From positions 1 to 32,593 of the forward strand of contig QWQL01000120.1 of the NCBI GenBank assembly GCA_003670825.1: a DNA stretch of 32,593 nt, read 5' to 3'. Of the stretch, positions 24,704 to 32,397 are shown piece by piece. The stretch's first letter is position 1, and every line of letters starts with the position of its first letter. The notes beneath the pieces are model-generated. The model searched no databases. It saw only the letters and a program-made list of their open reading frames with translations, and was not told the origin of the DNA. Source of the stretch: Planctomycetota bacterium. Lineage in GTDB: Bacteria; Planctomycetota; Planctomycetia; Pirellulales; UBA1268. The position numbers and the translations under genes were made by a program.

Positions 24704-25447
24704 TCAGCTGGACGAGGTCTCGTCCCTGGTCGTGACCATTCCCCTGATCGCCGCCACACGGACGTCGCGGTCGCGATGGCCCGCGGGGACCTCGCCCACT
24801 TCCTTCGAGACGGCCTCGTAGAGTGCCAGCGCGCCGGCTCGGTCAGCGGCGGAGAGCCTCGATTCGGCGATCGACAACTGCGCGTCCTTCACCGCCCGAC
24901 CGACCTCGCCCCCGACTTTCGCCCCGGCGAGTGCCGCCGCGGACTCGGATGTGGGGATCCTGCCCAAGGCTCGTGCCGCCGCCAGCGCCAGAGGACCGTC
25001 TGCGGTGAGCAACTTGGCCAACTGGGGCACGGAGCCCGCATCCGCAAGATCGGCGAGCGAGGAGATCATCCCGATCGCGAGGTCTCCCTTCACGGTCTCG
25101 AGAGCCCTGCGCAGCGCGCTTCGCGCCTCCGGCCCGCCGATCCGCTGGAGTGCATAACGGGCCATATGCGAGTTGTCGGCGTCGGACAAAAGCGCGGCGG
25201 CGACCGGAACCGAAGCCGCGGTCCCGATGATCGACAGCTTCCGGCAGGCGTAGTCCTTGGCGGCCCGACTGGCGGAGGAGGACAGGACGGCCCCGAGCCG
25301 CTTCTCGAGATCAGCCCGCAGGGCGGCATCGCCGCGGGTCGCGATCGTTGCCGCGTCGATCGCAGCCAGCGGCGCTGCGTCCTTGCCCCAGTCGAACGCG
25401 GCAAGCGCGGCGAACGCATCGTCGAGGTTCTTACTATCGATGGCCAT
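24704..25447 (-). CDS. HEAT-repeat protein (no signal peptide seen)
   Basis: MAIDSKNLDDAFAALAAFDWGKD...AAKDYACRKLSIIGTAASVPVAAALLSD...MARYALQRIGGPEARSALRRAL...AAARALGRIPTSESAAALAG. These are PBS-lyase-type HEAT units. Confidence 0.75.
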   Translation of the reverse strand: MAIDSKNLDDAFAALAAFDWGKDAAPLAAIDAATIATRGDAALRADLEKRLGAVLSSSASRAAKDYACRKLSIIGTAASVPVAAALLSDADNSHMARYALQRIGGPEARSALRRALETVKGDLAIGMISSLADLADAGSVPQLAKLLTADGPLALAAARALGRIPTSESAAALAGAKVGGEVGRAVKDAQLSIAESRLSAADRAGALALYEAVSKEVGEVPAGHRDRDVRVAAIRGMVTTRDETSSS

Positions 25448-25476
25448 GGGTGGTCTCGGGGTGAAAACGGATGACT

Positions 25477-26745
25477 TCAGAGAATCCAGGGCTCGCGGCG
25501 GGCCCGGTCACAGAATCGATCGGCCTCGGGATCCTTGAGAAACTTTTGGGTTTGCCGATCCCACTGCAGCGATCGCTCGAGCCGATAGGCAATGCCGATG
25601 AGATGCGGAGCGGTCATGGTATTGACGGCAAGCTCGATGTCGCGGAACGGCCGCTCCCGGGTCTTCACGCACTCGATGAAGTCGCCGTGGATGCCCCCCT
25701 GGCCCCGGTAGGGAGGCACCGCCTTCCTCGCGCGGGCCGCGCCATCCCCGACGAACTTGATCGAGTTGCCGTGCGCCAGCGAGGGGGGCACCGTCTGAAA
25801 CTGCCCCGGACGATTGTGGTGGATTTCAACACCGTTGGGATATGTCACCGACACCCAGGCCGGCTTGCCGGACTCGGAGGGATGCCAGGTGGCCTTCTCG
25901 GGCTGCATCTCCCGGAGGTCGGCTGCGAAAATCGCACCGCCGAAGTGATGCGCGCCCCAGTCCGTGAGGCTGCCTCCGGAAAAGTCGACGTAGGAACGCC
26001 AGCTGTTGCCCTTCGTACCGTAGTTGCCATCACAGCGTCCGGGGTGGTACGGCTGCCACGGGGCCGGGCCAAGCCACAGATTCCAGTCGATGTCGTCGGG
26101 GGCAGGCTGGCCTGGCAGATAGCACGACATCGACGGCCCATCGACGGCGATGTCGATCGATTTCACCTGGCCGATCTCCCCTGCCCAAATCGGGTCGACG
26201 ACGCCACGGTAATCCTCCATCACCCGCTGGCTCCCACCCGACACGACCCGCCCATACCGCCGGGCCGCGGCGATCATCGCCGGACCATCACGGAGCACTA
26301 GGGTCTCGGGCTTTTGCAGGTACACGTCCTTTCCCGCCCGGCAGGCGGCGATCGTCATGATCGCGTGCCAGTGGTCGGGAGTCGCGATGTGGACGGCATC
26401 GATGTCGTCGCGAGCCAGCAGTTCACGGAAATCGACGTAAGCTGCACAGTCCTTGGTGGCGTACTTTCCATCCACGCGATTCTTCGCGTCATCCCGCCAC
26501 TTCCGTCGGACATCGCAGACCGCCACGTACTGCACGTCCGGGCGGCCGAGGAAGGCATTCTGGTCACCGGAACCCATGTTGCCGATGCCCATGCCCCCCA
26601 TCACGATTCGATCACTCGCCGGTGGAGTCGTCCCGTCGCCGAGCGCCTTCGACGTGATCACATAGGGCGCCGCCACGATGCCTCCTGCAGCCGCGGCCGT
26701 CTTCCCGAGGAAATCGCGGCGGCTGGTCTGGGATGCTGACGTCAT
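25477..26745 (-). CDS. Tat-signal Gfo/Idh/MocA family oxidoreductase (paralog 3)
   Basis: MTSASQTSRRDFLGKTAAAAGGIVAAP (SRRDFL), IVMGGMGIGNMGSGD, VHIATPDHWHAIMTIAACRAGKDVYLQKP, DWNLWLGPAPWQPYH. Confidence 0.9.
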   Translation of the reverse strand: MTSASQTSRRDFLGKTAAAAGGIVAAPYVITSKALGDGTTPPASDRIVMGGMGIGNMGSGDQNAFLGRPDVQYVAVCDVRRKWRDDAKNRVDGKYATKDCAAYVDFRELLARDDIDAVHIATPDHWHAIMTIAACRAGKDVYLQKPETLVLRDGPAMIAAARRYGRVVSGGSQRVMEDYRGVVDPIWAGEIGQVKSIDIAVDGPSMSCYLPGQPAPDDIDWNLWLGPAPWQPYHPGRCDGNYGTKGNSWRSYVDFSGGSLTDWGAHHFGGAIFAADLREMQPEKATWHPSESGKPAWVSVTYPNGVEIHHNRPGQFQTVPPSLAHGNSIKFVGDGAARARKAVPPYRGQGGIHGDFIECVKTRERPFRDIELAVNTMTAPHLIGIAYRLERSLQWDRQTQKFLKDPEADRFCDRARREPWIL

Positions 26746-26935
26746 GCGGATGAGACTCCGGCGGCGCGGTGTTGAAATGCGATGAAATCCGGTAACCGCT
26801 AGGAAGTGTACACCCGGCTTGGATCCCTGTCATCGGGGCTCAGTGAGAGCAAAAGGCCGGTCCCCAAGCCGAGTGGACTCGTGCTCGACCCTTCATGACC
26901 ATCTGCTGGATGTCGGCGTGAGACCGGCGCGGGGC

Positions 26936-27361
26936 TCAGCGACCCGCCGGCCGCAGCAGGAAATCCATCGCCTGATCCCCGGCGACCACCGTGACCTCGG
27001 CGTTGTTCCCTGCCGCCTTGGGGATTGGCAGCTGGCTCATGTCCTCGACCGGCTTGACCGCCGACCGCTCGTACATCGCCTCGCTCGTCGTGGCCTCCGG
27101 CACAACCGGGGCGGCCTTGATGGTCACGAGTTTCACGCCTGGTTGAATGCCGGACACGCGGTATTCCCCGTCACGAACCAGACCGCCGCATGCCGAGCCG
27201 GTGCCATCGGTCGGCACGAAGACGATCACGCCTCTCGTCAGCGACTTACCATCGTAGGCCACCCGACCCTGAACCGTGCCGGACCGTTGAACCCCGCAGC
27301 CGACCAAGAGGAAGAGAACCGCCGTGGCGCCGGGGCCGACGTGTGACCACCATGGCCTCAC
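26936..27361 (-). CDS. small lipoprotein with carboxypeptidase-regulatory-like beta-sandwich character
   Basis: GTG 27361 overlaps the DUF1559 stop (GTGA). MRPWWSHVGPGATAVLFLLVGCG (lipobox) ...GTVQGRVAYDGKSLTRGVIVFVPTDG...GEYRVSGIQPGVKLVTI. This small partner is commonly seen after DUF1559 genes. Confidence 0.7.
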   Translation of the reverse strand: MRPWWSHVGPGATAVLFLLVGCGVQRSGTVQGRVAYDGKSLTRGVIVFVPTDGTGSACGGLVRDGEYRVSGIQPGVKLVTIKAAPVVPEATTSEAMYERSAVKPVEDMSQLPIPKAAGNNAEVTVVAGDQAMDFLLRPAGR

Positions 27362-28449
27362 GGGATATCTCCGTGCGAGATGACCTCACCGCCCGCGTGC
27401 GTCCCCAGGCTTCGCCAGACGCGCAGGTTGACATACTCCATCGCAAACCGCACCGAGCCGTCGGTGAATGCCGCATTCACGCCTCCAGGATGGCGGCTTC
27501 GCGCCGCGGCATGGGCGTACAAGGCCTTTGGCGTCCAGCCACCTCCCTCGACGAGCGGGCTGCATGGTGCCCGATAGCCCGTGTCTCCGCGCTGCTGCGG
27601 GCAACCGCCATAGACCTCGTCCGGGACGCTCGTGTTTGGGGTGTACGCCGCTGAAAACAGTGCCCCTCCCATGTTGCCGTAGATGATCTCCCCCATCGGA
27701 CCACCCCAACCGGGCTCTATGTCGGGAACCATGATTTCGGAGAGAAGCAGCGTTTTCATGCGACCGTCCTTGATCTCGGTCGCCTTGACCATCCTTGTCG
27801 TCCCGTCGTCATACGACTGGTCCCCCGCCACGGCGAAGATTCCCGGCCCCCGCTCCGGAAGAGCATCCATCGCATAGCCATACATGTCACCCGCGCCGAC
27901 GCACCCGCTGTAGTTCCCCCGGATAAACCCGAACGTCGAGCTGTCGATCTCGTTCCGGGTGGGGCCCCGGTCACTTACGCAGTAGTACGTCGGAATGAAG
28001 GCATGGCGCGAACTCCGCAGCCGCGGATCATCGCCGGCCGGACCGTTCGGGCCCGGATGCCTCTTGAAGAAGCCCTTCAGCGGCAGCGTCCAGTATCCAT
28101 CGGCGACCGACTGCTGCTCGATCCACGGCAGCGTGAGCTGGGTCCAGGTGTAGGAGTCCCAGAAGTCGTACTTCCGCCCGTACGGCAGTCGACGCTGCGT
28201 CGACTCGAAGGAGAGGCACGCCAGCGCGAGTTGGCGAAGGTTGTTGCTGCACGAGATGCGGCGAGCGGACTCGCGAGCGGCCTGAACGGCCGGTACGAGA
28301 ATGGCGATCAACAGCGCGATGATCGCCATGACCACCAACAGCTCGACCAGCGTCAGGCCCGGGCGTTGACAGGGCGAAAAAGCCCTTGATCCACAGGACA
28401 ACAGTCCAATTCGATCAATGCCAGGAACGCTTTTTCGCTCTCCACCCAT
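27358..28449 (-). CDS. DUF1559 protein with type IV pilin-like N-terminal cleavage/methylation domain
   Basis: ORF 27358..28563 trimmed to Met39 (complement of 28447..28449). ...QRPGLTLVELLVVMAIIALLIAILVPAVQAARESARRISCSNNLRQLALA, then ...HPGGVNAAFTDGSVRF near the C-terminus. These are the DUF1559 hallmarks. Confidence 0.85.
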   Translation of the reverse strand: MGGERKSVPGIDRIGLLSCGSRAFSPCQRPGLTLVELLVVMAIIALLIAILVPAVQAARESARRISCSNNLRQLALACLSFESTQRRLPYGRKYDFWDSYTWTQLTLPWIEQQSVADGYWTLPLKGFFKRHPGPNGPAGDDPRLRSSRHAFIPTYYCVSDRGPTRNEIDSSTFGFIRGNYSGCVGAGDMYGYAMDALPERGPGIFAVAGDQSYDDGTTRMVKATEIKDGRMKTLLLSEIMVPDIEPGWGGPMGEIIYGNMGGALFSAAYTPNTSVPDEVYGGCPQQRGDTGYRAPCSPLVEGGGWTPKALYAHAAARSRHPGGVNAAFTDGSVRFAMEYVNLRVWRSLGTHAGGEVISHGDIP

Positions 28450-28651
28450 TCCTTGATCTTCACGGCAGCTTCGCGCCAAGTCAATGAAGAAGCCGCGGCA
28501 CGACCGGTTCTCGGCGGCCGTCGCCAACGCCATCGGAGTGCGCCCGCCCGCCACCACCACCACGATCCGCTAGCCCACCCGCAGTTCGATGGGCTATCCT
28601 GGGCGCCGCGGTCGCTGCGTCGGTGGCCGCGTTTTCCCCGGGCCGATCATC

Positions 28652-30604
28652 ATGAACCTGTTCACCTGGCGACGTGTCCTGCTCCTGGCCTGCGTGATCG
28701 CCGCGTCGGTCATGCCGTGCCCCGCGGCGGACGAGGCAGCACTGCGACTCACCAGGCCAAAGCTGACCCCCCTCCCGCTGGGCGCCATCAAACCCGCGGG
28801 CTGGCAGCGTCGGCAGCTGGAAATCCAGGCCGACGGCCTGACCGGCCACCTGCAGGAGTTCTGGCCCGACATCCGTGACAGCGGCTGGATCGGTGGCAAG
28901 GCGGAGGGCTGGGAGCGCTTTCCGTATTGGCTCGACGGTGCCGTGCCGTTGTCCCACCTGCTGGATCGGGAGCCTCTCAAGACCTACGTCACCAACGCGG
29001 TCGATCACATTCTTCGGAACCAACAACCGGACGGGTGGCTGGGGCCCGTGGCGTACGCCGGTCCCGGTAATCGCGTTCGTGATCCCTGGCCGGTGTTCGT
29101 GGCGATGAAGGTACTCACGCAACACGCTGAAGCCACCGGCGACGAGCGTGTGAAGGAGGCGCTCGTGAAGTTTCTGGCGGCGCTCGATCGGCAACTCGAC
29201 GAGCGGCCGCTCGACGAGTGGAATCGCATGCGCTGGCAGGACGCCGTGCTCAGCCTTCACTGGCTTCGCGACCATGGGGGCGATTCGTACCCCCCGCACC
29301 TCTTCGAGAAGCTTCGTGGCCAGGGCTTCGACTGGGTCAAGCACCTGAGCGATCTACCGATCCGCGACAAAGTGACCAAGTGGGACCACGCGAGTCACGT
29401 GGTGAACATCGCCATGGGTGTCAAGGCGCCGGCGGTGCAGTATCGAGAAACGGGAGATGCCGCCGAACTCGGCCATGCCGTGAAGATGGTCGAGCAACTC
29501 GATCGCTTTCACGGCCAGGCCACTGGTGTGTTCAGCGGCGACGAGTGCCTGGCCGGGAGGATGCCCTCCCAGGGCACGGAAACGTGCGCCGTCGTCGAAT
29601 ACATGTTTTCGCTCGAGCACCTGCTGGCGGCCTTCGGCGATCCCCGGTTCGCCGATCGACTGGAGATGATCGCCTTCAACGCGCTGCCTGCTTCCATGAG
29701 CGATGACATGTGGACGCGTCAATACATCCAGCAGGTCAACCAGCCCGTGTCGCGGCGCGCCCCCAAGCCCATCTACACCACCAACGGCGACCGGGCCAAT
29801 CTGTTCGGACTGGAGACCAATTTCGGTTGCTGCACGGCCAACATGCACCAGGGATGGCCGAAGTTCGTCTCGCATCTCTGGATGCGAGACGACCGCGGTC
29901 TGACCGCCGTCGCCTACGCTCCCTGCACGGTGCAGACGGAGGTGGCTGGGACGACGACCACGGTTGCGGTCGACACGCAGTACCCGTTCCGCGAGCGGAT
30001 CGCGATCTCAGTCACGGTGGACAAACCGGCCCGATTCGCGATTGCGTTGCGGATTCCCGCGTGGTGTACCGCCGCGCGGCTCGCCGTGGCAGATGAGCCG
30101 AGCCTGGAGTGCTCTGCGGGGTCGTTCCATTCGGTGGAACGTGATTGGCACGGCACGACGCAACTCGTGCTCGATCTGCCGATGCTTCCACAGGTCGAGC
30201 GCCGCGAACGGGATGCGGTCGTGTTGCGGCGCGGCCCGCTGCTTCTGGCACTTGGCATCGGCGCCGATTGGCAGGTACTCGACGGCGCGCCGCCGAAGGT
30301 GACCTACCAGGTTCTGCCCACGACGCCGTGGAACTACGCCTTGGAGATCGACGCGGCCGATCCGGCGGCATCGATCCGACTCGAGCAACGGTCGCTTGGC
30401 GACGTTCCCTTCGGCGGTGCCGAACCGGCGGTCGTTGCTACCGTCAAGGGGAGACGGGTGCCGGCGTGGGACATCGAACGGGATGCCGCGATGCCACCGC
30501 CTCAGAGTCCGGTCCATTCCGAAGAGCCGCTCGTGGACCTGACGCTGATCCCGTATGCCGCGGCGAAGTTGCGGATTACCGAGTTTCCGGTCCTCGAGCG
30601 GTGA
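28652..30604 (+). CDS. secreted glycoside hydrolase family 127-like protein (DUF1680, beta-L-arabinofuranosidase family)
   Basis: ORF 28589..30604 trimmed to ATG 28652, with signal peptide MNLFTWRRVLLLACVIAASVMPCPAA. WPDIRDSGWIGGKAEGWERFPYWLDG. QGTETCAVVEYMFSLEHLL (E-x-C). LETNFGCCTANMHQGWPKF (Cys-Cys pair). Both Cys motifs match the GH127 zinc/nucleophile site as I recall it from HypBA1. Confidence 0.85.
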   Translation: MNLFTWRRVLLLACVIAASVMPCPAADEAALRLTRPKLTPLPLGAIKPAGWQRRQLEIQADGLTGHLQEFWPDIRDSGWIGGKAEGWERFPYWLDGAVPLSHLLDREPLKTYVTNAVDHILRNQQPDGWLGPVAYAGPGNRVRDPWPVFVAMKVLTQHAEATGDERVKEALVKFLAALDRQLDERPLDEWNRMRWQDAVLSLHWLRDHGGDSYPPHLFEKLRGQGFDWVKHLSDLPIRDKVTKWDHASHVVNIAMGVKAPAVQYRETGDAAELGHAVKMVEQLDRFHGQATGVFSGDECLAGRMPSQGTETCAVVEYMFSLEHLLAAFGDPRFADRLEMIAFNALPASMSDDMWTRQYIQQVNQPVSRRAPKPIYTTNGDRANLFGLETNFGCCTANMHQGWPKFVSHLWMRDDRGLTAVAYAPCTVQTEVAGTTTTVAVDTQYPFRERIAISVTVDKPARFAIALRIPAWCTAARLAVADEPSLECSAGSFHSVERDWHGTTQLVLDLPMLPQVERRERDAVVLRRGPLLLALGIGADWQVLDGAPPKVTYQVLPTTPWNYALEIDAADPAASIRLEQRSLGDVPFGGAEPAVVATVKGRRVPAWDIERDAAMPPPQSPVHSEEPLVDLTLIPYAAAKLRITEFPVLER

Positions 30605-30629
30605 CAGGTTGGCGGTCCGGAGCAACACC

Positions 30630-30682
30630 CGACGCCATCCGGCACCACTCCTGCTGACGTTGCCGGATGCCGGTGGGCGTCG
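30630..30682 (+). terminator. two-tier stem-loop 26 nt downstream of the GH127 stop
   Basis: Inner perfect 9-bp stem: catccggca (30636..30644) / tgccggatg (30661..30669), with a 16-nt loop. Outer 6-bp stem: cgacgc (30630..30635) / gcgtcg (30677..30682), across a 7-nt bulge. No U-tract. Confidence 0.35.
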
Positions 30683-30849
30683 ATTCGGAAACGCATCGGA
30701 GGCTGGTTTCCAAGGCCATTCCGCCATCACAGCGTTGGGGGCGCTCAACGATGGCGTCGGCGGCATGGAGAGGTAGCTTCGGGAGCAGTAGTAGGGCAAC
30801 GGCAACGAAACTAGTTCGCAGTGGAATATCTACTTCTGGCAGGCTCCGC

Positions 30850-31257
30850 ATGGCTCCAGAGAGCGGCGCGCAGGCTGACCTGAAAGCCTGCCTGAACAGT
30901 GCCGCCGACGCTGCCTGCGCCGAGGACTTGGAGGGGTTTTTGGACTGCTTTGCCGGCAGCACCAAGACAAAGCTCCGCAAGGAGACCGCCATCAGGTTCA
31001 TCCGGCATGACATCTCGATGGAGGTGCTCGACACGCAGGTTCTCAGGCTCGCCAGCAACGCAGGCCAAGCCGCCGTGCGATACCGGCTCACCCTTTCAAC
31101 CGATCAGTACGACGTGGTCTCGCTCGTGGCCATGAAGCGCGAGCAGGGCTACTGGAGAATTCACTCGGAGAGAATCCAGACCGTCGAGTACCAGTCTCCC
31201 AGTTGCTGCTCGCCCTCCCGTTACTCGTGTTTGGGCGGCACCTGTCGAATTCAATAA
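30850..31257 (+). CDS. NTF2/SnoaL-like small protein with four-Cys C-terminal tail
   Basis: ORF 30667..31257 trimmed to ATG 30850: MAPESGAQADLKACLNSAADAACAEDLEGFLDCFAGSTKTKL...AAVRYRLTLSTDQYDVVSLVAMKREQGYWRIHSERI (NTF2-like pattern), then QTVEYQSPSCCSPSRYSCLGGTCRIQ*. No signal peptide. The start is uncertain (alternative ATG 30751). Confidence 0.55.
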   Translation: MAPESGAQADLKACLNSAADAACAEDLEGFLDCFAGSTKTKLRKETAIRFIRHDISMEVLDTQVLRLASNAGQAAVRYRLTLSTDQYDVVSLVAMKREQGYWRIHSERIQTVEYQSPSCCSPSRYSCLGGTCRIQ

Positions 31258-31278
31258 CCATGCTCACTGGAGAAACCC

Positions 31279-32355
31279 ATGAAACTCTTTGAATACCCCG
31301 AAACCCGCCTCCCCACCTACGACGTCGATCTAGAGGCCCCACCTGACGTCCGTTGGAAACACATCGCCCAGAAAGAGGCCAAGAACATCGGCCGCCTGCT
31401 TGATGACGTCGTAGGGCTCTGCTCCGCGCGGGCCAGAAGGTTTCCACTCGTCGTCCGCCCGCTCGTGATCGCCGCTGGTAAGGGCCTCGCGGGCCTTGGC
31501 GGCCGGGTCGTCGACATGATCGCGGGATGCTTTGGCGAGGAATACGTCGCTGAAATTCGGTCCATCGCCAAGCACGCCGACCAGCCATTGAGCCACGTGA
31601 TGCTCGGCAATCTGACCTACGACCTGTGCCAAATGGCTGGCATCTATGGCCTCGGCTGCTCAAGCTACTCGTGCAATATCGACGGCATGCCCACGCTCGT
31701 CCGCAATATGGATTGGGTCTGGCCGCGCAGCACCGGAAAACACTCACGGCTCATCAGGTTCCATCGCGGCAACGACTACTACACGAGCGTCAGCGTGCTG
31801 GGCTGCGTGGGCGTGGTCTCGGCTTTCTGTCCCGGGAAGTGGGCTGTGACGATCAACCAAGCGCCGACCGAGGGCGCCACCATGAGCTATTTCCAGTGGC
31901 CAGTGCTGCAAAGGCTCCGGTATGTGTGCGACCAGATGGGCACGTACCGCGATGTCGTGACCGGTCTGCAGGAGTACCAGACCATGACGAGCTTTTTCGC
32001 GCACGTGGTCGGCACCAGGCCCAAACAGCACACGGTCATCACGGGCCTCGGCGATTGCTTCCGGCGGCGTGGCATGAAGGGCGACAAGCTCGTTCAGACC
32101 AACCACTTTGCTGGCCATCGCGACTTGGAGGAGCTCAACGGCCCCGAGCGCTGGGAAGACGAAGAGGGACAGGAGTGGTATTGCGACTCCCACGACCGGG
32201 CCAAGAGCCTGACCAGACGTCTCAAGGCTCCTCCACGCACGCTGGCCGAAGCCCGCTCGAAGATCTGCACGAGCGCCGTCACCAGCACCGACACCGTGCA
32301 GCAGATGGTGTTCCAGCCCGCCAGTGGGTACTCAAAGGTCTGGCTGCGGGGGTAG
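31279..32355 (+). CDS. acid ceramidase / N-acylethanolamine acid amidase (NAAA)-like Ntn hydrolase
   Basis: GGAGA Shine-Dalgarno 7 nt before the ATG. [41 protein letters not shown] (Cys127 at 31657..31659; RNMD at 31702..31713), [28 protein letters not shown]. These are collinear with human ASAH1/NAAA motifs as I recall them. Confidence 0.8.
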   Translation: [358 protein letters not shown]

Positions 32356-32397
32356 TTCGGATGATCAGGCAGCCCTCATACCTGAACTGCTACGGCA

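Noticed and set aside
30667-30849. Upstream extension of the NTF2-like ORF (MPVGVDSETHRR...)
   Set aside because: It is low-complexity Ser/Arg/Gly sequence spanning the stem-loop region. The NTF2-like fold begins after Met62. ATG 30751 cannot be fully excluded.
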